Shown here in pieces: positions 9,283 through 19,947 of a DNA stretch of 64,000 nt (position 1 is the first letter of the stretch; every line of letters starts with the position of its first letter). The position numbers were made by a program, and so were the translations under genes. The notes below the pieces were generated by a model that saw nothing but the letters and a program-made list of their open reading frames with translations, was not told the origin of the DNA and made no database searches. The DNA comes from Bacteroidia bacterium (GTDB taxonomy: Bacteria > Bacteroidota > Bacteroidia > NS11-12g > UBA9320). The DNA is taken from the NCBI GenBank assembly GCA_965216465.1, contig CBDCFW010000005.1:576001-640000 (forward strand), read 5' to 3'.

Positions 9283-11739
9283 ATGCGCTATTCTACTTTT
9301 ACGCTTATCATTTTCATGGCTTTTTCAGGATTGGCTAATAAACCTGCCTCCGAAATTTATGTGGATCTACAAAAATTTCAATCCTTAAAGCGAGTTCTTT
9401 ATATCGCAGCACATCCAGATGATGAAAATACACGAGCACTAGCATATTTCTCGCTAGGTGAGAATGCAGAAACGGCCTACCTTTCACTTACCCGAGGAAG
9501 TGGTGGCCAAAACTTAATAGGCGATGAGCTTAGCGAATCATTAGGTGTACTTAGAACACAAGAGTTACTGTCGGCCAGATCATTTGATGGAGCCAATCAG
9601 TTTTTCACTAGAGCTGTTGATTTTGGTTATTCCAAATCGGCTAAAGAATCTCTGGAAATGTGGGGCAAAGATGAGGTTCTTTCTGACGTTGTTCTGATGA
9701 TCAGAAAGTTTAGACCAGATGTAATTATTACCCGTTTTCCACCCGACAAACGAGGAGGACATGGCCATCATACCGCATCTGCAATGCTTGCAATTGAAGC
9801 TTTTGATAAGGCTGCTGACCCTAACTTTCTACCTGAACAGGTAAACGCGTACGGTACTTGGAAAACAACTTCAATCTACTGGAACACCTCTTACTGGTGG
9901 AATAAAGAAATTGCAGACAGTGCTAAAGGAAACTCCGATTTTTTAACAATGGATATTGGCGGATACAACTCCCACTTAGGAATGTCATTCAACGAAATTG
10001 GAACATTAGCCAGAAGCGAACACAAATGTCAAGGCTTCGGTGCTGTAATTGAAAGAGGATCAAGAATTGAGTATTTCAAACACTTAAAAGGTGAAAAACT
10101 GAAGAGCTCGTTTTTCGAAAAAAATGATTTAACCTGGACCAAGTTGATAGATGCCGATTTTGAAGGCGACCTCAACACATTACTAAATAATTTCAATTTC
10201 ACTGAGGTTGAGAAGAACATTCCTGCACTTCTTTCCCTTCAAAAGAGATTAAGAGCGGCCCCATTGACCCAGTTAAACCCCCTGATTGAAGAAAAGCTTT
10301 TAGGTCTTAATGACCTCATTATCAATTGTGCTGGACTCTATTTAGAGGTTGTAGGAGAAGATTATGCCGTTGTAAGCGGAGATGAAATAAAATTGAGTCT
10401 AAATGCTATTAACCGTTCCAACGCAAATATCACACTTGCTTCCGTTCAATTAAACCGTGAAGAGCGTACTGAAATTAATAAAGATTGTCAAATTAATGAA
10501 CAAATCAGCGAAGGGCTTACCATCCATCCAAAATCTGAACTATCAGGCCCTTATTGGCTCCACAATGAATTTACTACGCTGTACATTCTCAATGACAATA
10601 AGAATTTAGGAAAATCTGAAGCCGAACCTTCTTTAACCGCAACCATTCTGCTTGAAATTGAAGGAGAACAAATCGAGACTACACTTCCAGTAGAATATAA
10701 GTGGAGAGACCCTTCTTACGGTGAGAAAAGAAGAGACCTGGTTTTTGTACCCCCGTTCACAGCATCCTTCGATGAGAAAATAAAAATAGCCAAAGAAGAG
10801 GAAGAAAAATTGATACGGGTGAAGCTTCATTCTTTTAAAGATGAATTAGAAGAAGAGATAAGTTTGGATGCTCCAGAAGGCTGGATAGTCGAGCCAAGCA
10901 TCATCAAGCTAAAAATGGACAAAAAGCACGATGAACAATGGGTGGAATTTACTCTCAAACCAACCAAAAACAGCATTGATGGACCACTAATCCTAAGCAA
11001 TAGGGCAGGTGAGAGTCTCTATTCTTACAAAGAAATCGTTTACGATCATATTCCAACGCAGATTTTAATGAATGTAGCGAAACTGCAGTGTATCAAATTA
11101 GAAGCCGAAATCAAACCCGGAAAAATTGCCTACATCAATGGCGTGCAAGATGCAGTTCCAGCAGCTATAGCTCAATTGGGATTTGAGGTAAAACAATATG
11201 AAGTTGCTGATTTGGCCACATTGGACTTATCGCAGTTTCAATCCATAGTGCTTGGAATTAGAATTTATAATGTTCACCCAGAACTAGCCAATTACCATGA
11301 AAAGCTGTACAAGTATGTAGAGGGTGGCGGTAATTTAGTCATGCAATACAACACGGCATCGCGTTCAATTCGGGAATTAGAATTTGGTCCTGTTCCGTTT
11401 AAGTTATCAAGAAACAGAGTCACCGAAGAAGATGCTGAAGTCCATTTCTTGTTGCCTGACCACCCAATCATGAATTCACCTAATAAAATTTCGAAAGAGG
11501 ATTTTGATGGATGGGTTCAAGAACGTGGTTTGTACTTTGCAGGAGAATGGAGCAAAGAATATACGCCTCTACTTTCTTGGCATGACGTTGATGATGATGC
11601 CCAAGAGGGTGCAATTATCGTTGCAAAATATGGTGAAGGACAATTCATGTACACCGGTATTTCTTTCTTTAGAGAATTGCCCAATGGTGTAGTTGGAGCT
11701 TATCGCCTATTTGCAAATATCTTAAGTTATCAGCCATGA
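9283..11739 (+). CDS. PIG-L/LmbE-family de-N-acetylase with C-terminal class I glutamine amidotransferase-like domain
   Basis: AAHPDDEN, LTRGSGGQN, DFGYSKS, HGHH; signal peptide from ATG 9283; TAGTTTTG at 9258-9265. Confidence 0.9.
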   Translation: MRYSTFTLIIFMAFSGLANKPASEIYVDLQKFQSLKRVLYIAAHPDDENTRALAYFSLGENAETAYLSLTRGSGGQNLIGDELSESLGVLRTQELLSARSFDGANQFFTRAVDFGYSKSAKESLEMWGKDEVLSDVVLMIRKFRPDVIITRFPPDKRGGHGHHTASAMLAIEAFDKAADPNFLPEQVNAYGTWKTTSIYWNTSYWWNKEIADSAKGNSDFLTMDIGGYNSHLGMSFNEIGTLARSEHKCQGFGAVIERGSRIEYFKHLKGEKLKSSFFEKNDLTWTKLIDADFEGDLNTLLNNFNFTEVEKNIPALLSLQKRLRAAPLTQLNPLIEEKLLGLNDLIINCAGLYLEVVGEDYAVVSGDEIKLSLNAINRSNANITLASVQLNREERTEINKDCQINEQISEGLTIHPKSELSGPYWLHNEFTTLYILNDNKNLGKSEAEPSLTATILLEIEGEQIETTLPVEYKWRDPSYGEKRRDLVFVPPFTASFDEKIKIAKEEEEKLIRVKLHSFKDELEEEISLDAPEGWIVEPSIIKLKMDKKHDEQWVEFTLKPTKNSIDGPLILSNRAGESLYSYKEIVYDHIPTQILMNVAKLQCIKLEAEIKPGKIAYINGVQDAVPAAIAQLGFEVKQYEVADLATLDLSQFQSIVLGIRIYNVHPELANYHEKLYKYVEGGGNLVMQYNTASRSIRELEFGPVPFKLSRNRVTEEDAEVHFLLPDHPIMNSPNKISKEDFDGWVQERGLYFAGEWSKEYTPLLSWHDVDDDAQEGAIIVAKYGEGQFMYTGISFFRELPNGVVGAYRLFANILSYQP

Positions 11740-11846
11740 GTAACGAAAAAGATAATACCAATTGGAAGGCCTGGTATTGGGCATTAATCCTCTTTTTAGG
11801 TGCACAGATTGCACTTTATTTATACATCTCTAATCAATATAACTAA
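11736..11846 (+). CDS. 36-aa single-TM membrane protein (absent from ORF track)
   Basis: MSNEKDNTNWKAWYWALILFLGAQIALYLYISNQYN*; ATGA overlap with the upstream stop and TAATG overlap with the downstream start. Confidence 0.8.
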   Translation: MSNEKDNTNWKAWYWALILFLGAQIALYLYISNQYN

Positions 11847-13561
11847 TGAGCTGGATTGATTGGACAGTACTTTTAGCAACCTTGTTGACCATCGTCATTT
11901 ATGGCTCATGGAAGACAAGAAAAAACAAGAATCTTGAAGGCTATTTAAAAGGCAACAATTCGGATAAATGGATGACCATTGGTTTGTCTATTATGGCTAC
12001 GCAGGCAAGTGCCATCACTTTTCTATCTACCCCGGGTCAGGCGTACGAAAGTGGAATGGGCTTTGTTCAATTCTATTTTGGATTGCCTTTGGCCATGATT
12101 ATCATATCCATCTTTTTCCTCCCAATATACTATCGACAAAAAGTATATACGGCATATCAATATCTTGAAAATCGATTTGATGGAAGTGTACGCTCATTCA
12201 CTGCTTTTCTATTCCTAGTTTCTAGAGGGTTAGCGGCGGGAATTACGATCTATGCTCCTGCAATTATCTTATCTACCATTATGGGATGGAACCTTCAATT
12301 AACCTGTTTACTGATTGGAGGACTAGTGATAATTTACACCGTTTCTGGTGGAAGCCGAGCCGTTTCGCTCACTCAGAAATGGCAAATGGGAATTATTATG
12401 GGCGGGATGTTTTTGGCATTTTATCATGTGGTTCAGAGCTTACCAAATAACATTGGTATTTCGGAAGGAATTGATATAGCAGGTAGTTTGGGGAAGATGG
12501 AAATCATTGATCTTTCTCCTGACCTTTCCAACCGTTACACCTTGCTCTCTGGCTTAACTGGCGGTCTATTTTTATTTCTTTCCTATTTCGGAACTGACCA
12601 ATCACAAGTTCAACGCTATTTGGGTGGTAAAACCTTAAAAGAATCCAGAATGGGATTAATGTTTAATGGCTTATTAAAAATTCCAATGCAATTCTTTATC
12701 CTTTTTGTGGGTATAATGGTTTTTGTATCGTTTCAATTCAACCAACCGCCAATATTTTTTAATGAGTCTGGCACTACCATAAATGTTGAGGAAAATAAAG
12801 AACTGGCAATAATTGAAGAGGCGTATGATGAGAATTTCAAAAAGAAAAAAGCTGCTTTAATTGCGTCATCAAACAGCGGTCAAGGAGATTATTCTACTGC
12901 TGCGCAGCTTCAATTTAGACAAGATTCGTTACGCAAGGCATACAAAGAAACGTTAAGCTCTATCGATAAAGACTATGAGAAAAAAGACAGCGATTATATC
13001 TTCTTGACTTTCGTCTTGACCTTTCTTCCGCACGGTTTAATCGGATTGCTATTAGCTGTGATCTTCTCGGCTGCGATGTCTTCTACGGCTGGTGAATTGA
13101 ATGCCTTGGCATCAACAACAACCATTGATCTTTACAAAAAATACTGGTCTAAGGAAGACGATGAAAAGAAAGATTTAAGAGTATCTAAAATGTTGACCGT
13201 GGGTTGGGGAATTTTAGCTCTATTCGTTGCCCTTACGGCAGGTTTATTTGAGAACTTAATTCAATTGGTAAACATCTTAGGTTCATTATTTTATGGAACA
13301 ATCCTGGGTGTATTCTTGCTGGCATTTTTCTTTAAGAAAGTAGGTGGCAAGGCTGCACTAATTGGAGGTCTGGTAGGTCAAGCAACCGTACTGCTGGTTC
13401 ACCTTTTTGTCTATTTGAAAGTTATTAGCCTTGGATATTTGCTGTACAATGTGATTGGAAGCGTTGTTGTTGTAATAACTGCATTATTAATTCAAAGGTT
13501 GCTTCCCCTTAATCATAAGTATTCAGATACTGCAGAAGGTGTTGAAGCAAGTTACGACTGA
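11846..13561 (+). CDS. Sodium:solute symporter (SSS/SLC5 family)
   Basis: Many TM helices; SIMATQASAITFLSTPGQAY, YFGTDQSQVQRYL, AAMSST. Confidence 0.93.
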   Translation: MSWIDWTVLLATLLTIVIYGSWKTRKNKNLEGYLKGNNSDKWMTIGLSIMATQASAITFLSTPGQAYESGMGFVQFYFGLPLAMIIISIFFLPIYYRQKVYTAYQYLENRFDGSVRSFTAFLFLVSRGLAAGITIYAPAIILSTIMGWNLQLTCLLIGGLVIIYTVSGGSRAVSLTQKWQMGIIMGGMFLAFYHVVQSLPNNIGISEGIDIAGSLGKMEIIDLSPDLSNRYTLLSGLTGGLFLFLSYFGTDQSQVQRYLGGKTLKESRMGLMFNGLLKIPMQFFILFVGIMVFVSFQFNQPPIFFNESGTTINVEENKELAIIEEAYDENFKKKKAALIASSNSGQGDYSTAAQLQFRQDSLRKAYKETLSSIDKDYEKKDSDYIFLTFVLTFLPHGLIGLLLAVIFSAAMSSTAGELNALASTTTIDLYKKYWSKEDDEKKDLRVSKMLTVGWGILALFVALTAGLFENLIQLVNILGSLFYGTILGVFLLAFFFKKVGGKAALIGGLVGQATVLLVHLFVYLKVISLGYLLYNVIGSVVVVITALLIQRLLPLNHKYSDTAEGVEASYD

Positions 13562-13573
13562 GAATCCTTAAAC

Positions 13574-13605
13574 AAAAAAGCCACTAGTAAAACTACTAAT
13601 GGCTT
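13574..13605 (-). terminator. Rho-independent terminator of the DUF2911 gene
   Basis: Minus strand GCCATTAGTA-GTTT-TACTAGTGGC followed by TTTTTT. Confidence 0.75.
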
Positions 13606-13623
13606 CAATATCTTTAAAAAATC

Positions 13624-14472
13624 TTACTTACTCCATTCAGCAATAGAGTCCTTATTCATTTTTACATAATCGTCATTTCCTGCTTTTTCTGCAGAAGCCA
13701 ATGAGCGTTTTGCTGTTGCAATAGCATCTTCAGTTTTACCAAGCTTTGCTTCGATTAACGATTGCTTTCTCAGGTACCAATAAGCTTGATCACCTCTCAT
13801 TTCAACAGCCTTTTTAATCCATACAAGTGCTTCATCTAAATCTTTGCCATTGTCAAAATAGAAAGATGCAGAACGATAATAATCATTAGCAGATGGTCCG
13901 GCCATGGTAGATTCAATACTCTTCATTACCAATTCATCAGTAGGAGTTTCAATTTTAGCCGTCACTTTGGTGTTTGCCCAGCTAAGATTTAAATCTGCTT
14001 TAGAGCCATCCTTTAGATTGTCAATAGAAATCGTAAACGATTCTACCATATCATTCAAACTGATGGTCTTTACTGAAACTCTAACTACTTCTAATGAGTC
14101 GTTCCACGTTTTTGGAGTACCCCAGATTTCTGTTTCATCATAGATTATGATGTCCCAGCTATTTTTATTTGGTACGGTGAATAAAGCATAGTCTCCAGCA
14201 GGAACATCTTGTCCTTCAATAGTGATAGCTGTAGAGGTTGAAAACTGCACCGCTTTATTTGCTCCAGTTCTCCATACTTTACCATATGGAACTAAGTCTC
14301 CAAAAATTTCTCTGCCTTTCACGCCTGGTCTTGAATATTCGATGGCGATATCTGTTACACCAACGGTCTGTTCAATTTTAGCCGCAGGGCTTGGTTGAGG
14401 TGTATTCACCTGAGCAGTTGATGTAAATGTAACGGTAGCCATTAGTGCGATTGTCACTATAATTTTCTTCAT
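13624..14472 (-). CDS. DUF2911 domain protein with C-terminal TPR-like helices
   Basis: Signal peptide, PQPSP, YSRPGVKGREIFGDLVPYGKVWRTGAN. Confidence 0.9.
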   Translation of the reverse strand: MKKIIVTIALMATVTFTSTAQVNTPQPSPAAKIEQTVGVTDIAIEYSRPGVKGREIFGDLVPYGKVWRTGANKAVQFSTSTAITIEGQDVPAGDYALFTVPNKNSWDIIIYDETEIWGTPKTWNDSLEVVRVSVKTISLNDMVESFTISIDNLKDGSKADLNLSWANTKVTAKIETPTDELVMKSIESTMAGPSANDYYRSASFYFDNGKDLDEALVWIKKAVEMRGDQAYWYLRKQSLIEAKLGKTEDAIATAKRSLASAEKAGNDDYVKMNKDSIAEWSK

Positions 14473-14765
14473 TTTATTTTAATTTATTTTTATGCTTGGA
14501 CAAAGATATTAATAGTTTAATAAGAAAGTTAATGGATGGCTTTGGTTGACTAAAGATAAGGCGCTTGGTATGAGGTGTAATCTTTTCCTAGCATTATTAT
14601 AAAAATCATGGAGTGAAGAGCTGCACTCTAGTTCTGCAGTTTTAAAAATCCGATTTATGCATTGCACGTTCAAGAGAAAATTCCACACGTTTAAGTAGTT
14701 TTTACTCTTAAAATTGAGGCTGATTCCAAGGATTCCAGTAACTTCTAACGGAAATCAATAAAATT

Positions 14766-17700
14766 ATGAAAACACTTTACCTTTTTTTACTTAGCACCCT
14801 TATTTTTTCTTTTCAGTCTTTCGCCCAGTGTGACAATTGCACCACAAATTTCACCGTCACCTATGCCGATGATGGTACAGGTTTAGGTTTTGACGACCCT
14901 GCCCCATATAACTGCGCAGTAGGGGGCGGCACAACTTCAGTTGGTGCTCAACGAAAATTTATTGTTTGTGAAGTCTTAAAATATATTGAATCAATAATTG
15001 ACTTAAATGGAACAAGTCCTCACATCCACTTTTCAACCTCGTTGGCCAGCCCTAACCCTGAGGGTGCCATTGCTGCGGTTACAGAAGCATACAACCCAAA
15101 TTACAGCACATATTCCCAGATAATTCAACCAATGATTCTTGAGCACATAACTTCTCGTATTGATGCAAGTACACATTGCCCCACAGGTGTAGTCTGTCCA
15201 GATGCAACAATTGAATGTGATTTTGGATTTCCTTTAATTAATCTAGAGCTAGACCCACAAAATGCTCAGGCAGGATCCATTGATTTCTTTGAAGTTGTTC
15301 TTCATGAAGTAACACATGCTCTTGGAGTTTACTCTCTGATTCAAAGCGATGGCACAAGTAACTTATCAGGAAACTTGAATGGGCCTTATACCTCATTTGA
15401 CGCTCATATGAGAAGTAAAACTGGAAACCTGGTAATCAAACCTGATGCAAGCTATAACACAACGCATCAGTTGATGTTAGAAAATACTGTTTTCTATGAT
15501 CCTGATCTAGATTTAAATTATGATTTATATGACCCAGCAAACTGGATTCCCGGTTCATCCTTAAGTCACTTCGTTAGTGGTGTAAACAACTTCGATTTTT
15601 TCTTATACTCAGCTACATCTGGTGGAACTGCTGCGAGGACTTGGACTCCATTTGAAATTCGAGTACTCTGCTTGTTAGGATACGATATCAAAGGTAACGC
15701 ACAAACAGCTCCATTTGGGTGTACATTGTTTCCGGTCGGAAAAGTTGACAATTTTAGTCACAACAATACGTTAAGAGAGAACACCTTTGATGTTCTTTAC
15801 AATGATTTAAAAGTTGGCAATAATCCTCTTATTATTTCTCTTTTACATCCGCCACAAGTATCCGCAGGGGAAGGTGATGTATATGTTGAGAACAATCAAC
15901 TGGTATATGTAAGCCCCAATGATTATTGCGGTCCCGTTGAAATAACTTATTCACCTCAGGATAAGTTGACTGGCAGAATAGGTACTGCCACCACTTGTAA
16001 TTTTATTGTAGACTGCGACTATTGTCCAGATGACCCGTGCAATTTAATTTGTAACGGAGGATTTGAAAGCGGTATAAGTTTGTTTGATTTTGATCAGGCT
16101 TCGAATCGTTTAGATTTACAAAATCGCGATGAGAGTTTCAAACTTTATGGCCAAGCTACACACGTCACGGGTTGGTGGGGACATACTGGACAAGGGACTC
16201 CCGACTTGTTTATTAGAGGTAGTCAAAAACAGCATCCGACCAACAGCCCATTGCTTGTGCAAGGCATTCCTGAAAGCTATCTGGGCCAAGTAGAAACGCA
16301 TAATGGCACCCCAAATGACCGATTTATGCATTCAATTTATAGTGGTAATTCGGAACTATTTTATACCAAACTAACAAGACCTTTAGTTGCAGGCAACCAC
16401 AATCTATCGTTCTGGGTTTACCTTGTAGATAGTAAGACCTATTCTGGAGGAACCACGGAGGAGCAAGCTTTTAATATTGAGTTTTTTATTGATGATGAGC
16501 CCGACAACTTTAATAGTGCCAGTCTTTTGAGTTCTGTTGAAGTATTGGCAGGAAGCGGAAGTAACCATGTTTCAGGGCGTTGGATTCAGTACAATGCAGT
16601 GGTAAATGTCCCACAAAGTCTTGTAGGACAAGATTTTCTGTTTGTTAGGGCCAAGGAAGTTGACCCTGCTGATATAACAGTTTCTGGTTGGAGTGGGGGC
16701 AATTTGTTCTTTGATGATCTCCGACTTGAGTTAAGTGGTCCATTATTAGCTATCGATAAAACTGTAGATAATCCAACTCCTGATGAGGGCGATTTGGTAA
16801 AATTTACCTTCGAAATAACCAATACGGGCAATCAAACGGCCAACATTTGGATAGAAGACTACGTACCTCTTGGTCTAACAATTACCTCTAATCACAACTA
16901 TTCAAGTTACAATAGCTCGTCAAGAACTTTTAGTGAAGGGCCAATTAGCGTTCAGGCAAATCAAACAATTTCTCGAGATTTTGAAGCACAAGTTGACAAT
17001 GGTACATCATGTCAAAGACTTACAAGTGTTGCTACTATTGCAAACTCAGCTCCTCTTCAAGGTTGCTATCAGACGAGATCCAGTCAGGACATAGTTGTAA
17101 CTGAACAATTATGCCCATGCCAAGTAGATGAATTTCCAGGGCAATATAGTTACGTTTGCGAAGATGATCCGACAGTAGTGCTCGAAATGGACGGCTCTTC
17201 GTATGGGTCCGGAATTACATATACATTAACTGATCCTCAAACAACCACCACTTCAAACTCTACAGGTACTTTCATTATCACCTCTCACGAAGAGGGGATT
17301 TATTCTATTGAAATCAAGGATGCAAATGGATGTGTCCTAGCCTCTCAGAAATTCACAATAATTTATTTAATTACTGATGACCAAAACGTAACCTGCGATG
17401 ATTGTTTGGTAGAAGGTTCAAGTTCAATTATTTTTCAAAAACGATATGAGAATGACTTGACGTCTCCCAATCCTCCAGCATTAAACAGAGAGATGTTTAC
17501 TGTAGGTTCTCAAATTCACGAAGATATCATCTACAGTCTAAGCGGCAGCACAGCTTCAACCGAGAATTCAACATTTTTTATGGTTCATCTAACAGATTTA
17601 CTAGGAAACTTCATTACATCCTATCGATATGATTTTACTTCTAACGAATGCGAGTTTCACGCCATCAGACCTAAAACTATTGAAGTAAATGATGAGGGAA

Positions 17701-19907
17701 TCTTCATATTACTAAACTCTACTGAAAGTGCATTTGAAGATTACAATCTAGAGAATTTTGGCAGAAGTGCCTATCTGCGTACTGATTTAATGGGTGAAGT
17801 ACTAGCTTTTAGAGAATTTACAGATCATTCATTTAACTCTATTACACAAGCTTCATCTGGAATTCACATGAATGCAATGGCACCTATTTTGGACGACAAC
17901 AGCAATCAGACTGGATGGATTCTTGTTGGCGAAATCCAAGATGGATGCGATATATTTCCACTAACGACAATTATTGATCTCGACGGAATAATTACAGATT
18001 ACAAGACTATTCCACTGAACATTCCGTGCAATACTTGCACAACTTGTAATGGCGAACCAAGAACGAGGATGGCTGTTCGTTCTATCGATGTAAAGCCAAG
18101 ATACAATGTTCAATCTGGCAATATCGTAGACTATGTTGTCCTTTTCTCATCGCGTGATATTATTACTAGTAGTAATTCGCAACAAGGTCCTTATGGTTAC
18201 TTTGCTGTTGATCAAGGTTTAAATCTTAGCTCGGTTCTAGCTTTTGATCTAGCAGGCACTAACCCAACACCGTTGGATCTTGAAGTTGAAGCTAATCCCC
18301 TTTCTCCCCATGATTGGTTGGTTATAATAGGCGGCAAGCACCATGCAGGTTTCATTCATTCCATTGATTTTAATAGCACCCAAACACATGAGTTATTCAC
18401 TTTAAATGTTGATGTAGATGACATCCTGTTTGATGGAGATAATATAGTTGGCATAGGTAGTCAAAGAGCATTTGAGCTAAGTTTAGACGGAATAGTTCAA
18501 ACCGAATCCAATGCTTACACTTTTCCAGGATTTAACCCATTAGTTGCATTTACTTATGAAGGTCTAGGTGGAGGAGATATTCTAAACAAACATCCTGATG
18601 GAGGCTATGTTTTGACAAATCCAGATGGATTTGGACTTCTTAAGACAGACTATGATTTGTTGTGGACTTGCGAAGGGTTGGCAACCCCGATTATAACAAA
18701 CGATGTTCAATGGACTGAATCAGATCCTCAAACAGTTGTTGAATACGTTCAAGTTCCGATAGGCAGTACAAGCGGTACAATTGCCAAAAGCACCGATCAA
18801 ATGGAGGAACATTGTTGCGTTCAAAGCATTCCAATTATTCCAGAAGCAATCAATTGCGATGTATCGGTTGATTTCGAATACTTCAACGCATGCGGCAGCC
18901 AACAAATGCAAATTACAAACGTAATTTTCAGTGGAGGTTCTGGATTACCCACTTATACATGGGATGTAAATGGTACGGTAGTTAGTAATTTAGCAATGCC
19001 ACAACTAATTCTGGCTCCTGGAAATAATACTGTTTGCCTAACAATCACTTACCCGAATGGATGTTCAAAGCAAGTATGTAAGTCAATTTTTATTGGTACT
19101 GAATTTGAGTATATAACCTTCGAAAAATGTGCGTATGCAGATCCATTAGGGTTTTGGCCTTGTACCTATGAGTCTTGTTTTAACAAGTACACATTGAAAT
19201 TGCAAGGAAGTACTGAAACTCTGTACAATTATGACTCTGAAACTGGTTATTTTGATCCTGTAGATGGCTGGGTGCATGGATGTATTTGGCACGCCCTAAT
19301 AAATGGCACTTACGACATTAAATTCTTTGATGACAATGGATGCCTAATTAAGCATTTGGTAGTTCAGGTTGTAAGCCCTACTCCAACAGAAAATGAAGCA
19401 GAAATTATTTATAATAGTTGCGACTGCATTATGATAGACCAATTTACATTTAACTACCCATGTGCCATTGATCGATCGAAACCGATAACCTTTACTTTCG
19501 ATAACTCTGATTACGATCTAAATACAACTGCATTAATGCTTTGTAGCAATGATGAAGGTCCTTTTTCTGTTTCATACTTTGATACCGATGGCTGCGAGTG
19601 CATTTTAAATGGTGATATTGAATGCCCATTCCCTCCAAATGACCAAACCGCTAGTATTCATGAGTTTGCTAAGCTAGACGTAGTTGTTAAGCCAAACCCG
19701 TCAAAGGGAATTTTCCATATTAGTATTGATAATTCTGAACAATCTCAGTTTAGCTACTCAATTTTAGATCTTCACGGTAAACGCATTCAAACCGGAAACT
19801 TTAATAGCTCTACTTCAATTAATCTTAGAAACGAAGCCAGCGGCATATATCATCTTAAACTTAAAAATGAGGACTTGAATTTAACACTAAGACTAATTGT
19901 TGAATAA
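14766..19907 (+). CDS. Large T9SS-secreted zinc metalloprotease-like multidomain protein
   Basis: Signal peptide; VVLHEVTHALG and GSSLSHF; Ig-like repeat (FDVLYND); DUF11-like domain (IDKTVDNPTPDEGDLVKFTFEITNTG); type A CTD (VKPNPSKG...SGIYHLKL). Confidence 0.8.
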   Translation: MKTLYLFLLSTLIFSFQSFAQCDNCTTNFTVTYADDGTGLGFDDPAPYNCAVGGGTTSVGAQRKFIVCEVLKYIESIIDLNGTSPHIHFSTSLASPNPEGAIAAVTEAYNPNYSTYSQIIQPMILEHITSRIDASTHCPTGVVCPDATIECDFGFPLINLELDPQNAQAGSIDFFEVVLHEVTHALGVYSLIQSDGTSNLSGNLNGPYTSFDAHMRSKTGNLVIKPDASYNTTHQLMLENTVFYDPDLDLNYDLYDPANWIPGSSLSHFVSGVNNFDFFLYSATSGGTAARTWTPFEIRVLCLLGYDIKGNAQTAPFGCTLFPVGKVDNFSHNNTLRENTFDVLYNDLKVGNNPLIISLLHPPQVSAGEGDVYVENNQLVYVSPNDYCGPVEITYSPQDKLTGRIGTATTCNFIVDCDYCPDDPCNLICNGGFESGISLFDFDQASNRLDLQNRDESFKLYGQATHVTGWWGHTGQGTPDLFIRGSQKQHPTNSPLLVQGIPESYLGQVETHNGTPNDRFMHSIYSGNSELFYTKLTRPLVAGNHNLSFWVYLVDSKTYSGGTTEEQAFNIEFFIDDEPDNFNSASLLSSVEVLAGSGSNHVSGRWIQYNAVVNVPQSLVGQDFLFVRAKEVDPADITVSGWSGGNLFFDDLRLELSGPLLAIDKTVDNPTPDEGDLVKFTFEITNTGNQTANIWIEDYVPLGLTITSNHNYSSYNSSSRTFSEGPISVQANQTISRDFEAQVDNGTSCQRLTSVATIANSAPLQGCYQTRSSQDIVVTEQLCPCQVDEFPGQYSYVCEDDPTVVLEMDGSSYGSGITYTLTDPQTTTTSNSTGTFIITSHEEGIYSIEIKDANGCVLASQKFTIIYLITDDQNVTCDDCLVEGSSSIIFQKRYENDLTSPNPPALNREMFTVGSQIHEDIIYSLSGSTASTENSTFFMVHLTDLLGNFITSYRYDFTSNECEFHAIRPKTIEVNDEGIFILLNSTESAFEDYNLENFGRSAYLRTDLMGEVLAFREFTDHSFNSITQASSGIHMNAMAPILDDNSNQTGWILVGEIQDGCDIFPLTTIIDLDGIITDYKTIPLNIPCNTCTTCNGEPRTRMAVRSIDVKPRYNVQSGNIVDYVVLFSSRDIITSSNSQQGPYGYFAVDQGLNLSSVLAFDLAGTNPTPLDLEVEANPLSPHDWLVIIGGKHHAGFIHSIDFNSTQTHELFTLNVDVDDILFDGDNIVGIGSQRAFELSLDGIVQTESNAYTFPGFNPLVAFTYEGLGGGDILNKHPDGGYVLTNPDGFGLLKTDYDLLWTCEGLATPIITNDVQWTESDPQTVVEYVQVPIGSTSGTIAKSTDQMEEHCCVQSIPIIPEAINCDVSVDFEYFNACGSQQMQITNVIFSGGSGLPTYTWDVNGTVVSNLAMPQLILAPGNNTVCLTITYPNGCSKQVCKSIFIGTEFEYITFEKCAYADPLGFWPCTYESCFNKYTLKLQGSTETLYNYDSETGYFDPVDGWVHGCIWHALINGTYDIKFFDDNGCLIKHLVVQVVSPTPTENEAEIIYNSCDCIMIDQFTFNYPCAIDRSKPITFTFDNSDYDLNTTALMLCSNDEGPFSVSYFDTDGCECILNGDIECPFPPNDQTASIHEFAKLDVVVKPNPSKGIFHISIDNSEQSQFSYSILDLHGKRIQTGNFNSSTSINLRNEASGIYHLKLKNEDLNLTLRLIVE

Positions 19908-19947
19908 CTGTCCAGCTTAACTCAATAAATAACTTTAATATAATATT

